Below are positions 19,741 through 29,845 of a DNA stretch of 64,000 nucleotides, one piece after another. Origin of the DNA: a virus; the IMG/VR virus record IMGVR_UViG_3300031772_000003, positions 64,001-128,000 of that record; one strand, written 5' to 3'. The notes beneath the pieces were generated by a model. It did not search any database. It was not told the origin of the DNA and saw only the letters and a list, made by a program, of their open reading frames with translations. Positions within the stretch are counted from its first letter, which is position 1; each line of letters opens with the position of its first letter. A program made the translations under genes and the position numbers.

Positions 19741-20207
19741 GACAGCGTGCTATCAGGTACAGTCGTCCCCTCTACTTGGGGCGCGACCTCGCGGGCCACG
19801 AAGGCTGCAACGTCTGGGCCATAGGCCCCAGGGAGAGGATCAGTGGGCAGGAGATCGCGGACCCAGCGCCAGCCTGTTTCGGGGGGCATCTGAACAAGAG
19901 CCTCGGCCTCACCCACCATGTTCCCAAGTTCCACGCTCTCCGGTGGCATCACCCTAGCTACTTTGGGCTTGGGTTTCCCGGTCCAGGAAAGGGTACAGAT
20001 CAACAGCCTGTTGTTGGCATCGCCCCATACAGTAACGCGCTTGTGGAAGCAGCCCCAACGCCTGACGGTATAGATGCCAGGCTGCATCGGCAACCATTGC
20101 TGGCCCTCACTACCAACCCATCGAGCCAACCAGAGACAGATCGGTCGGGGGGCGCGGTAGACTTCCTCGACGGTGTATTTGTGAAACTGCATCACCATTC
20201 TCCTCAA
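19737..20207 (-). CDS. Hypothetical protein
   Basis: GAGGAG RBS near the start. Confidence 0.45.
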   Translation of the reverse strand: MRRMVMQFHKYTVEEVYRAPRPICLWLARWVGSEGQQWLPMQPGIYTVRRWGCFHKRVTVWGDANNRLLICTLSWTGKPKPKVARVMPPESVELGNMVGEAEALVQMPPETGWRWVRDLLPTDPLPGAYGPDVAAFVAREVAPQVEGTTVPDSTLS

Positions 20208-20216
20208 AGAGTGTTT

Positions 20217-20245
20217 TCGTATCCTCCCCTATGGGGAGGATACGA
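20217..20245. other. 13-bp perfect inverted repeat (hairpin)
   Basis: tcgtatcctcccc-tat-ggggaggatacga. Confidence 0.7.
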
Positions 20246-20382
20246 GAGATACCCAGGCTTGGTTGCTCTCAAGATAGTGACCGCACCATTTGTTGTACCT
20301 CACAGCAGCGAGTAGCTCCGTATACGCTGCCTCGTCCGATACGGCTCTGTAGACTAGACACTCTGAAATTGGGGTACTCATA
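20230..20382 (-). CDS. Small hypothetical protein (50 aa)
   Basis: Manual translation MSTPISECLVYRAV...VSSP*; fills the gap between genes. Confidence 0.35.
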
Positions 20383-20682
20383 TGCTACTCCACGGGACAC
20401 TTGCTCACGGCTCGGGGGCTCGTTGCTTTCCTCCACGCATCATTCATGTCCTTGATGAACCTACGTTCAAGGGAATCGCCTTCAATCCCAGTATCGGGCC
20501 GCAGGAGCAGCATAGGGACATGGCCGCGTCCCCACGCCGCATGTTCTACGTCCCGTGCCTGCTTCAGGGTATGGACGGTCTTCACGCCCCCATAAGGCCG
20601 CCATGTCCCGCCCCAGACCGATCCCTGCATCTCCTGGAAGCGAGCAGTGGGCATCCGTTTGGCCTTCCTCATCAGGTTCTCT

Positions 20683-21492
20683 TCACGCGAGCCGTCGTGA
20701 CTGGCAAAGTGACCGCAGACGGTCGCACCATGCGCAAATGGACACGGGACAGAGCGTACCATCCACGACAGCAACGATGTTCCGACCCCTAAGATTAGAA
20801 TCATAATGCTCAAGGGTACAGAGGCCGGCCCTTGAGCGTTGGGCAGTGGCCCCCGAATCATCCGCCTCCAACTCCACAACGACAACGGGGTCCGGGCTTG
20901 GGATGCCCGTTGGCCCTGTGGGGCCACCTGAGCATCCTACGGTCCCTGTTGGGCCTGTACTACCCGTGTGCAGGATCGGGGTGCCGCAGCAGGAGCACAG
21001 CCGCCTCAGACACCCTACATCGATTGCCCCACGACCCCCTGCGGAGCGGACGCCATCAGGGCACCCCTCACCACAGGGTGCCACAAGCCAGTGGGGATCA
21101 ACGTGGATGTCCACGGCATCGGGTGGGAACGTAGCAGGAGACGCGGGCTCCAGCACGGTGCCTTTGGTCCCCACGGGAATCTTGATGTGGGCGCTGTACT
21201 TTCGCTCACCCTCAATGAACTCCACCCGATCACCCACGGCGAAGCCGGAGGGGTAGACGTAGGGCTCTTTCGGTTTCCTGCTGGGCTTCTTGACCAGCTT
21301 CTTGTTAGAGCATAACTCAAGCACCGTTGCGGGGAGATGCCGCTGTAACTCATGGATCAAGAACGAGACAACCTCCGAGGTCGCGTCAATTTGGAGGGTG
21401 TCCCACATCTCCTGAGCGCACTCATCATTGAGATTGACCCCGAAAGGCACCCTTACATTGCCACACACCAGTTCAATCGGGATTCGGGACAT
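20683..21492 (-). CDS. Hypothetical protein with KOW/SH3-like segment
   Basis: FAVGDRVEF...GTKGTV; Gly/Pro/Thr-rich tract. Confidence 0.5.
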   Translation of the reverse strand: MSRIPIELVCGNVRVPFGVNLNDECAQEMWDTLQIDATSEVVSFLIHELQRHLPATVLELCSNKKLVKKPSRKPKEPYVYPSGFAVGDRVEFIEGERKYSAHIKIPVGTKGTVLEPASPATFPPDAVDIHVDPHWLVAPCGEGCPDGVRSAGGRGAIDVGCLRRLCSCCGTPILHTGSTGPTGTVGCSGGPTGPTGIPSPDPVVVVELEADDSGATAQRSRAGLCTLEHYDSNLRGRNIVAVVDGTLCPVSICAWCDRLRSLCQSRRLA

Positions 21493-22753
21493 TACTTGCG
21501 TTCCTTCCTAAAACACGGTGATGCCACGTCGCCTTATCCCGGAACTTGGCGACGAGGCGGGTCTGCCACGCCTTGAGTTCGGCATTGGTCAGTGCCTCCG
21601 TGAGCCAAAAGTCGTTTGAGCACTCATCAGTCGTCCCCCACGCCACATCCTTGAACCGGGCAGGGTCGGCCTTGTAGACCGCGGTGCCGGGGTAGGGGCA
21701 GAAGAGCGTGAAGCTGTACTCATCGAGGTCGAGGCCAGCCGCGAACTCCTCGGTGTCCAGCAGGGTCTCGTTGGTCTCTCCGGGCAACCCAATGAGGAAG
21801 TAGCCACGGACTTTGATGCCGGCGCGGTGAGCTAGCAGACGAGCCTTATAGATCATCTTGCGGGTCGTGCCCTTCCCACAGGACCGCAGGATCTCGGAGG
21901 CCCCGCTCTCCACACCAATCCCTACCGCTTCACAGCCAGCCTCCCGCATGAGGCTCATCATCTCGGCATCGACGGGGCCCGCATGGAGGTCGGCGAAGAA
22001 GGGGAGGCGGAAGTCCCGCTTGATCTTCCCGTGGCAGAACTCTTTGACCCATCGCTTGTCCACGTTCCAAGTGGCATCACAGAACCTGGCAAAGTCGAGC
22101 CTGTACTCCTCCGCCACGCTCTGCATCTCATCGAGTAGATCACCTACTGGGCGATGGATCATGTCGTGGCGGCCCAAGACTCTCTGGCCATCGGCACAGA
22201 AGATGCAGTGGTAGGGGCAACCCCTGTGGGCCTGGAACGAGGTGATCCGCTTACCCGTATCCTTCTGGGCTACGGCGATGTTCCGCTCGCACTTGATGAG
22301 CTTGCGGTCGGGCCAGGGGAGATCAGGCCATGATAAGATGCTGCGGGGGCCATAGGTGATCCGCAACTTAGCCCCCGGTTCAATGGGGCCTTGCCCCAAA
22401 ATACTCGACATGGCCTGCTCACCCTCCCCACAAACTACGTAATCAAAGTCCGTGCAGTCCTGTGGCACCGCTGAAGCATGGTAGCCCCCAATGACAGTCA
22501 GGGTATGGGGCGAAGCTTCCTTGATCTGCTTCGCAACGTCGCGGCACCACGCATAAGTAGGAGACGTTGCAGAGAACGCCACGACATCAGCCCCACAAGA
22601 AGCGTAGACGATCAGTGAGCGGTCATCGAAGCAGCCTTGGAAGAATCGGAGGTCAACATTGGGTACATGCTTGCGGAGGTAGGCCCCAATGTAGCCGAGC
22701 CCCAGGGCCTCCCAGGAGTTGAAGTAGGCACCGTGAACTAGGACGACGCGCAT
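21473..22753 (-). CDS. B12-binding radical SAM enzyme (class B methyltransferase type)
   Basis: LGLGYI, VIGGYHAS, GEGE, RGCPYHCIFC, GVESG, FLIGLPGET, PYPGT. Confidence 0.92.
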   Translation of the reverse strand: MRVVLVHGAYFNSWEALGLGYIGAYLRKHVPNVDLRFFQGCFDDRSLIVYASCGADVVAFSATSPTYAWCRDVAKQIKEASPHTLTVIGGYHASAVPQDCTDFDYVVCGEGEQAMSSILGQGPIEPGAKLRITYGPRSILSWPDLPWPDRKLIKCERNIAVAQKDTGKRITSFQAHRGCPYHCIFCADGQRVLGRHDMIHRPVGDLLDEMQSVAEEYRLDFARFCDATWNVDKRWVKEFCHGKIKRDFRLPFFADLHAGPVDAEMMSLMREAGCEAVGIGVESGASEILRSCGKGTTRKMIYKARLLAHRAGIKVRGYFLIGLPGETNETLLDTEEFAAGLDLDEYSFTLFCPYPGTAVYKADPARFKDVAWGTTDECSNDFWLTEALTNAELKAWQTRLVAKFRDKATWHHRVLGRNASNVPNPD

Positions 22754-22884
22754 GGGCAGTCACTCCTCTGCCTTAACTTCCTTGACAGGAGATGCCACAA
22801 ACTTCACCATGTCCTCCGGCAGGTGCGTGTTGTGGAAGGGTGCATAATCGGGTGACACTTCAATGGTCCACTTACAGTTGAGCT

Positions 22885-23313
22885 TCATGCCTTTGCCTCG
22901 ATCTGCTCCGAAATCGCCACAACCCTGCCCTTCTCGTCCTTGATGAGCTTGATGAGTTTGATCCGGCCCGACTTGACCGCCCTGTCCCACCGGAGTTTCT
23001 GCGGCTCAGGGAGAAGCCGGTAAGGGCAGCAGATGGTGCAGAACTCATCTCGATAGTAGTCGTCCGGGATACGGTGATCGCGGACCACGGCAACTCCAGG
23101 AGCCAGGACAGCGAGCCCCATGGGGTAGGTGAGGATACCTGTCTCCAAGAGGTGCTCCAGATTCTCCGCGAAGAAGTTGACGATCCTATAGGGCCTGCCA
23201 TCTGATGCGGCCACGGAGAAGCAGTTCCCGTGCTTTGAGGGGAACCCCATCTCCAAATAACCCACGAGAGTTTGCCCCGTGATCTCCGAAAATGTCAGTA
23301 GTTTCCTCTGCAT
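22885..23313 (-). CDS. Hypothetical protein
   Basis: GAGGAG RBS, intact ORF. Confidence 0.5.
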   Translation of the reverse strand: MQRKLLTFSEITGQTLVGYLEMGFPSKHGNCFSVAASDGRPYRIVNFFAENLEHLLETGILTYPMGLAVLAPGVAVVRDHRIPDDYYRDEFCTICCPYRLLPEPQKLRWDRAVKSGRIKLIKLIKDEKGRVVAISEQIEAKA

Positions 23314-23509
23314 TGGGTTTCTCTCCTCAACAATGATCGAGCCAGAGTTCCTCCAGCTTGTCCTGCTGCCTGTCCGTCAGATCATCCCCTCGTCGGTCAT
23401 CGAGGGATTCAATGAAATCGAGTTCCCATTTCGAGAGCCCCGACTCCACCTCCAAGAGGTCATCCAACATGTCCTCCCAATTAACGGGGATGTCCATTGT
23501 GGCTCACCC

Positions 23510-23842
23510 TCAAAGGGGCCGGGTCTGATCCGTCGCCTCCCCACATCTGCACAAACCCTCATCGCGGGGCACCTTCTCTAGCTTTTCGCCCCTATGGTAG
23601 TGCTCCTCGCAGTGTGTCCACGCGATCCCATCATTGGTCAACACCGCAAGATGAGCAGGTGGAGGGCTTACGAGGATGTAGTCGCTCCGCCGCCCGACAA
23701 GCCCGAAGGCGGGCTCAGCGTCAAGCTCGGCTTGGAGTATGTCGTAATCGGCTTGGGTCGGGGGGTGATCGAGGCCGCAGAGGTGCAGGATCTGAAAGCT
23801 ATGGCTCAGCGCAACGATGCCGTGCTTGGGTTGATCCACCAC
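23510..23842 (-). CDS. Hypothetical protein
   Basis: AAGGAG RBS. Confidence 0.45.
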   Translation of the reverse strand: MVDQPKHGIVALSHSFQILHLCGLDHPPTQADYDILQAELDAEPAFGLVGRRSDYILVSPPPAHLAVLTNDGIAWTHCEEHYHRGEKLEKVPRDEGLCRCGEATDQTRPL

Positions 23843-23844
23843 TT

Positions 23845-24252
23845 CTATCTCTCCTTCTGACTCACGTCAACGATACAGGCATTGCCGGGGATAGTTGCGT
23901 TCAGCAATGCCTTCTTGCCCCCCTCTGGCCTCCGCCGCTCGATGACATCCTTGAGTTCTTGCAGCACAACATCTGCCTCATTCGGTGCCCGTGCTTCGGT
24001 CTGGGCCGCGATCCTGCGAGCCACGGACCTGCTGGGGCAGGGGGCGAGCCCCAGCGTCTCCAGGGATACCTCAGCCTCGGGGATGCCGGCATGGCGGTCG
24101 AACCACCCCGATACATTAAGGACACCTTTGCGCCGGTCCACGATGATGTTGATCCCCATCGCTCCATTAAAGTGGTCAATGATGACGTGAACGAAGCGGC
24201 GTCCGTTTACCTTGGTCTTGAGGACGTAACTGGGGGGGAGTTCAGGTGGCAT
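23845..24252 (-). CDS. Hypothetical protein
   Basis: Overlaps the upstream ligase stop. Confidence 0.45.
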   Translation of the reverse strand: MPPELPPSYVLKTKVNGRRFVHVIIDHFNGAMGINIIVDRRKGVLNVSGWFDRHAGIPEAEVSLETLGLAPCPSRSVARRIAAQTEARAPNEADVVLQELKDVIERRRPEGGKKALLNATIPGNACIVDVSQKER

Positions 24253-25222
24253 GCTTTGTCTCTTTCCGCAGGAGATAATCCTCCCCATGCAGCTTGAGGA
24301 TGACCCTACCCACACGCTCATCAAACCGCTCGTGAACAGGTTTGATCACGATGCCCTCGCGCACATGATCGGCACCAGGCATTGTGGTCTTGCCGTTAGC
24401 CAAGGCAGTTAGGTCCGGCGACCAGGGGCCGCGGTAGAGCAAGGGCACCAGGGGTAGCCCGAGCCGCTGCACCAACTCCACCATTGAGTCATAATCAAGG
24501 TAGGTGCGGGTCATTGTGTCCAATGCATCGAACACGGTGAGCAGGTACTCGTCACGACCCGCTCCATACTTGAGGTCCTGCACCTGGCCATAGACCTCGC
24601 CGTAGATGGCAATGTTGGGGGTAGCTTGCAGGCAGTTGGCCAAGGCGTATCGTTCCGCAACTCTCCACCACATGTTGGCGGCATCTTGCTTCTTGATACA
24701 GGTGTGTGAGCCAACCCACAACCTACCATCGCGGTGTAGGAATCTGCTACATGCCCCATGGACTTTCTCGGTGATCACTACCTCCTCCCCAGGCACCAGC
24801 ACCTCACCCCACCTGCGCAGCCCCTCAATGTCGGTGTAGACCGGCAGGAAGCCTGGGTCCTTCTCATTCTCACCCCCCATCGTGGCAGGATCAGGTGGCT
24901 CATACTTAGTAATGCCAAGTATGTCCGCTACATCTTGCCCCTCAATCCATGTGGGTTCAGCAGGGGTCAGCAAGCCCATTGAGAAGATACCGCGAAGCCG
25001 CTTGGCCTTGATCCTGTTGTGTCCGTCAAGGAACGCCCACCTGGGGTCAGCAACGGGGACAAGCGAGTCCACAGGGACGTAGACGGCAAGCCCCCCTTCC
25101 TGGAAGTCACCTGTACGGACAACGAGGGGGTAGTCCCAGACGTGGGTGATCGAGAGGGTATCCGCGTTGGGGTGCTTCATTATGGGGCCAACACGGACGA
25201 CTTGGACGTGGAACTCACTCAT
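24242..25222 (-). CDS. RNA ligase, DRB0094 family
   Basis: HPNADTL, VYVPVDS, LRGIFSMGL, LGITKYEPP, ITEKVHG, YGEVYG, VFD, REGIVIKP, ILKL. Confidence 0.9.
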   Translation of the reverse strand: MSEFHVQVVRVGPIMKHPNADTLSITHVWDYPLVVRTGDFQEGGLAVYVPVDSLVPVADPRWAFLDGHNRIKAKRLRGIFSMGLLTPAEPTWIEGQDVADILGITKYEPPDPATMGGENEKDPGFLPVYTDIEGLRRWGEVLVPGEEVVITEKVHGACSRFLHRDGRLWVGSHTCIKKQDAANMWWRVAERYALANCLQATPNIAIYGEVYGQVQDLKYGAGRDEYLLTVFDALDTMTRTYLDYDSMVELVQRLGLPLVPLLYRGPWSPDLTALANGKTTMPGADHVREGIVIKPVHERFDERVGRVILKLHGEDYLLRKETKHAT

Positions 25223-26126
25223 GATCTGTCTTCGCCAGTTTACGGAGCTTATCCAGTGGTACGTAGTACTCGGGGTAGAGCCCACGTAGCCAATTCTCAA
25301 ATGCGATCAACCCCATGCCCATTGGTAGAACATTATGGCATGCCCTATCAGTTAGATTTGATAGGAACATCATGTCCCGGTAACCCTTGGGAGTATCAGC
25401 GGGGTGGTTTTGGCTCGGCGTCGGTGCTCCTGGGTTGCCAGGATGCCCAGACGGTCCTCTAGCGCCACACTTGCAGCTTCCGTACTTGTGCTTGTAGTCC
25501 ACGTGGCAGATAGGGCAGATGTATGTCCCCGGAGGAGGGGCAGGGTGGGGGGTTAGAATGTCGCCTATGTGCCACTTGACCTCCTCGGCGATGTACTCCC
25601 CAAGCCTGCGGAGCTCATGTGCACGATCCTCCGCGGCTTCGGGCAGCAGGGTAGCAGCCTGCGGAATGGAGAGAGGAGGCGGCGATCCCTGAGAACCTGG
25701 ACGGCCGGCTGGCTTCGGTCCTATCGGAGGCCCGTTCACCCCGCCTTTACACACCAGCCCCTCGGAGAGAGTTGACGGCGGAGGTAATGCGGGATCGGGG
25801 GGCTCGATCCGTTCGGTTGGCGGGGGGTTGTAGCCCCGGCGGGCCTTGCTTTCAGGGCTCTCGGGGTAACTACCGGTCATCGCATGCTTCAGCCACACCT
25901 CACGAACCCGCAGCGCCGCGAGCTTGCCGCGCCTGTCGGCGATGCGCCGCCACACTCTCATGGATAAGCCAAGGGGCTTGTCATGAACAATAGTAACACC
26001 CATCTCGAAATCCTGCGTGGCAGTGACCCGAAGGCTGGAGAGGGTTTCAAGTTCGGTCTCAAGGGCGGCGATCCGCTCCCTGGTGTGGTTGAGACGATGC
26101 TCCAAGAACCAATGGCGCAGACTCAT
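25215..26126 (-). CDS. Pro-rich hypothetical protein with zinc ribbon
   Basis: Coiled N-terminus, Pro tracts, CPIC..CKC. Confidence 0.45.
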   Translation of the reverse strand: MSLRHWFLEHRLNHTRERIAALETELETLSSLRVTATQDFEMGVTIVHDKPLGLSMRVWRRIADRRGKLAALRVREVWLKHAMTGSYPESPESKARRGYNPPPTERIEPPDPALPPPSTLSEGLVCKGGVNGPPIGPKPAGRPGSQGSPPPLSIPQAATLLPEAAEDRAHELRRLGEYIAEEVKWHIGDILTPHPAPPPGTYICPICHVDYKHKYGSCKCGARGPSGHPGNPGAPTPSQNHPADTPKGYRDMMFLSNLTDRACHNVLPMGMGLIAFENWLRGLYPEYYVPLDKLRKLAKTDHE

Positions 26127-26448
26127 GCCTTGCTCCCTCTATGGGCTTCGCGGACCTTCACCGCCTCGGGGTCGTGCTGCCTGCAATAGGGCTTGCCACC
26201 ACGCTCGACCGCGGCGCTGCGGGGGCAGGGGTGGAAACTCGCCACTGAGGCGAGGCCATCGCCGCGGTCGTGTACCCGCTCACAACACCGTTCTTTCTCA
26301 CTCATCATCACCTGGGTCCTGCACCTCCTCCCTTGCAGCCTCCAAGCATACCTCGCATGCCTCCACCTCAATAGTCGTCCCATCCCGCAGGACCGTGGCC
26401 TGCAAGTTCGCTCCACATCGGCAGACGACATCGACGCTCACCGTGATC

Positions 26449-27762
26449 TCAAGCACGGGCCCTCTCCTTCTCTCCCCAGAAATGATCCAAGGCAACTTGG
26501 GTACACAATTCCTGGAACTGCGCTCCTGTCATGCCCTCCCCCCTTCCCACATGCTCCTTGATCCGTTCGGGGCAATCAGCGAGGATGCGCTGAGCCACCT
26601 GCATCCGCTCCTCGGCCCCCAAAGGGCCCAGAGCTATGATCCGGTCAATTCGACCCGGCCTGGTTGCCCCATTGCCTCCTAAAGCTGGATCGAGCAGATC
26701 GGGCCTGTTCGTCGTGATGATCGTCACGACCCCATCGGAGTTCTCGACGCCGTCGATGACATTGAGCAGCGTATCGAAGCTCACGGGACTGCCAAGCTCC
26801 CCGCCCCTCGTCACGTTCTTCCTGTGCTCAAACGTGGCATCGATGTCCTCGATCAAGGCAATGCAGGGGGTCCTGTTCTTGAGCCAATCCCAGTTGCGTT
26901 GAAGGTCGCGGCTGGAATGGCTCGGCAGGTGCAACACGATGATGGGGAGGTCAAGGGCTTGGCCGATCCCACGGACCAGCGATGTCTTGCCCGTGCCGGG
27001 AGCGCCCTTAATGAGCCAGCCTCGATGCCACGGGATGCCGCGGCTCCTGTGCCAGTCCGCGGCGGCGAGCCACCGCCTCAGTTCAGCCACGGCGGCCCAG
27101 ACCTCAGACGGAAAAGCCAAACGGGCCAGTGGGTCGGCGTCAACCGAAAGAGCCTCCCCCACATCTCCCGCGGCCCATCCCACGAGGTGCTTGTCCCAGA
27201 ACCAAGCTCCATCAGCCGCGGGGGTCTCGGGCTGAGGAGGACCGAAGGATGCCGCGCGCTCCTGCCCATTTCCATCCCCGATGGACCCATAAAGCCTGGA
27301 CACGGTGTACCGCCGGTCCGTGGAGCCTGAGTCCTTGTGGCGATTGTAGTCTTCGACAGCAGCGATCAAAAGAGGCTCAATCCGCATGAAGCCCCGCGGC
27401 ACCAGCAGAACTAGTGCCCCCAACCCCTTCCCCTTCTCGCCGTTGTAGCTAACGTGAAGCGGAACGATACCCCGCCAGAATACTTGGGTGGTTCGCCCCC
27501 GAGCCTCATACGCAACCATCTGCCTCCTCCCCCTGGGCCTGACATGGGGCCAGTAGGCACTGTAGCATCTAGTGGTGCCACGGGTGGCCCTGCACGTCCG
27601 GACCAGATGCCCCACCAAGGCTACACCCAATTGATCCTCAAGTTCAACTCGGATGAGGACGAGGTTCCGGAGCCACGCAAAGAGGGCCTTGACTTGGCCC
27701 AGCAAGGCCCCGAACAGACCCCCTATGGCCCCACCGGCCAAGAAAGATGTGCCCGCATTCAT
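26449..27762 (-). CDS. AAA+ ATPase, BCS1-like
   Basis: N-terminal TM; RGIPWHRGWLIKGAPGTGKTS, IEDID, LLNVIDG, ITTN, LDPAL..RPGRID. Confidence 0.88.
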   Translation of the reverse strand: MNAGTSFLAGGAIGGLFGALLGQVKALFAWLRNLVLIRVELEDQLGVALVGHLVRTCRATRGTTRCYSAYWPHVRPRGRRQMVAYEARGRTTQVFWRGIVPLHVSYNGEKGKGLGALVLLVPRGFMRIEPLLIAAVEDYNRHKDSGSTDRRYTVSRLYGSIGDGNGQERAASFGPPQPETPAADGAWFWDKHLVGWAAGDVGEALSVDADPLARLAFPSEVWAAVAELRRWLAAADWHRSRGIPWHRGWLIKGAPGTGKTSLVRGIGQALDLPIIVLHLPSHSSRDLQRNWDWLKNRTPCIALIEDIDATFEHRKNVTRGGELGSPVSFDTLLNVIDGVENSDGVVTIITTNRPDLLDPALGGNGATRPGRIDRIIALGPLGAEERMQVAQRILADCPERIKEHVGRGEGMTGAQFQELCTQVALDHFWGEKERARA

Positions 27763-28256
27763 CTTGAGCCCCCAACGGGACAATCCACTTCAATAGCACC
27801 CGAGTACAAGAACCTAGCCTTGCCGTCCCAGATACCCGTATACAAGGCCCGCCCCTTCAGTGGTGCGAGCCCCACGTCCTCTAAAAGGACTTCCGCTCCA
27901 ACGGGAATGGAATACAGGAGCAGGGCTGGGGGTGCGCTGACCGTAAGGGACCTGCGCCCCTGAACGTAATGAGGGTAGGGTATCCACCCAGGGTCAGGGA
28001 CGTAGCGCGGCTCCACCACGTCCCCACAACGCAGGCACACCAACTCCACTTCCTCATGTTCGTCCAAGCAGTCCTCGCACCGGTGGGTGTAGCGCCGCTC
28101 ATGACACGACCGCTTGAGTCCCTTGTGGGTATGTACCCTACCGCATCCACAAGTGCCCCGCCACTCCGGATCGGGTATGAGGTCGGGGCCCCTTCTATTG
28201 ATCTCGGCCATTTCTTGTCGTGTCTCCACGACGACACCGGGCGGCATCATCCTCAC
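27759..28256 (-). CDS. Zinc-binding hypothetical protein
   Basis: CGCG..H, CEDC, CLRC. Confidence 0.45.
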   Translation of the reverse strand: MRMMPPGVVVETRQEMAEINRRGPDLIPDPEWRGTCGCGRVHTHKGLKRSCHERRYTHRCEDCLDEHEEVELVCLRCGDVVEPRYVPDPGWIPYPHYVQGRRSLTVSAPPALLLYSIPVGAEVLLEDVGLAPLKGRALYTGIWDGKARFLYSGAIEVDCPVGGSR

Positions 28257-28262
28257 TTCCCC

Positions 28263-28505
28263 TTACCATTTTGCATACGGCCACTCCCGCCCCGTCATTC
28301 TCTCATAGCGTAGTCGCGCGCGGCGGCGGGACTCCGGGTGCCAGTACGCCCATTGCCTCGGCGACGGATGAGCGGCGCGGAGGAGGCGCATAAGTTCCTC
28401 ACACGCATAGGTGAGGGCGGCCTGGCCGACGAAGCGTCGAACCCAGTACCGGGCGAAGACCTCGGCCCGGAGATCGCATAGAGCATCAAAACCGGCGAAG
28501 GTCAC
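28263..28505 (-). CDS. Hypothetical protein
   Basis: GGAGGAG RBS. Confidence 0.45.
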   Translation of the reverse strand: MTFAGFDALCDLRAEVFARYWVRRFVGQAALTYACEELMRLLRAAHPSPRQWAYWHPESRRRARLRYERMTGREWPYAKW

Positions 28506-28597
28506 TTACTCCTCCCCCGGGTCATGTTGTAATTGAACCCACAGCCCGCTCGCCTCCACACCGTGCAGTAGCTCCTCAAGATTATTGTCATTTGTCA

Positions 28598-29044
28598 TCA
28601 GCGGCTCTCCTTGCAGGCACGGCGCAGCCGTGCAAGCTCATCTGTAAGAGCAGCACACTCCGCCGCGGATAGGTGAACCCCGGTCAAGACACACCTGCTG
28701 GGTGCTTCAATACTTTGTTCTGCAGTCTCAAGAGCAGCCATAGAGCATACATGCCCAGCGGTGTAGCAGAACTCTACCCCACAACGGTGACACCGGCCCA
28801 CATCGACTTTTTCCCCGTGGAATCTGTGCGTCTCGAATACGCCCCAGTCCTTCGCCTCAAGGTCAGCCATGCTGAGGCAATAAACTGCACCGTGCCTGCC
28901 GACCTGCTCTGGCTTCGCTGGATCAACCGGCAAGCACCAGCGCAACACGTTGTCCAGCCCGTGGCATAAGACGTTTGTCCATTGGCCTCTACGAACCGCC
29001 ATATCTCTACGCTTGCCCTCTAAGATTGCGTCAGGTAAGTTCAT
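28598..29044 (-). CDS. Hypothetical protein
   Basis: AGGAG RBS; DLEAKDW motif. Confidence 0.45.
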   Translation of the reverse strand: MNLPDAILEGKRRDMAVRRGQWTNVLCHGLDNVLRWCLPVDPAKPEQVGRHGAVYCLSMADLEAKDWGVFETHRFHGEKVDVGRCHRCGVEFCYTAGHVCSMAALETAEQSIEAPSRCVLTGVHLSAAECAALTDELARLRRACKESR

Positions 29045-29293
29045 GGCTTCTCTCCTACTTTCTCTGTAGTAGTCGCTTCGCAACCAGGGCATCGAATCTG
29101 CCCACCCTGGGGATGGTCAATTACCCTAGTGCCTTTGCATCGAGGGCCGCCCCCATTCTCTTGTTAATATCGGCGACGGTATCCCACGAGCCCCGTCCCT
29201 CCAAGTATCGCTCGAAATCCAACAAGGCATCCAGTTCCCACTTCAATTTCTTGAAGGTTTCAAGGTGGCTCGGCACAAGTTCAGCCTTGCTGT

Positions 29294-29845
29294 TCAATGC
29301 GGTCTCTCCTTCGGGTAGCCCACCAAGGCCACCTGGTACGTCACGTTCACGGGTGGCCACTCCAAAATGACCCTCACTGATGCCATAGTCGCCGTGACGT
29401 TGACGCCCATGGCCTCGGGGCAGTAGATAACTATGGTACGAGGGGTTTGAGGATAGGGACCAGGAGGCGGGGGCTGATGTACCAGGTGCTTGGGGGCCAA
29501 CCGGATAGCATCTTCCAGGTAGGTTAGGTACTGCCTGACACGAACCTCCTCCTTGAGTTTCTTCCGAGAGCCACTCTGCCAGTAGAGGCAGTTCCTACAC
29601 TGTCTCTCTGTCCAGTTGGGATGCTTGGCTCGCATCTTCTCGACATGGGAGGCAAGATCAAACATGGTCCAGACGGCCCAGATGGGCTTGTCGAGATCCA
29701 GCACATCCCCCAACAGTGGGGCCTGTGGGGGGCATGAGGGACGCTTGCCGTGGTTAGGGCAACCGTACTTATGGCCGGGGTATGGCCTGTAGCAAAGGCC
29801 GCGGACCGAGGAGTCAATGACTGGGATCACGAGTTGGTAGGGCAT
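29294..29845 (-). CDS. DUF2284-like metal-binding protein
   Basis: C..PYP.H..GCPN.GK..SCPP, PEAMGVNV..T. Confidence 0.65.
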   Translation of the reverse strand: MPYQLVIPVIDSSVRGLCYRPYPGHKYGCPNHGKRPSCPPQAPLLGDVLDLDKPIWAVWTMFDLASHVEKMRAKHPNWTERQCRNCLYWQSGSRKKLKEEVRVRQYLTYLEDAIRLAPKHLVHQPPPPGPYPQTPRTIVIYCPEAMGVNVTATMASVRVILEWPPVNVTYQVALVGYPKERPH

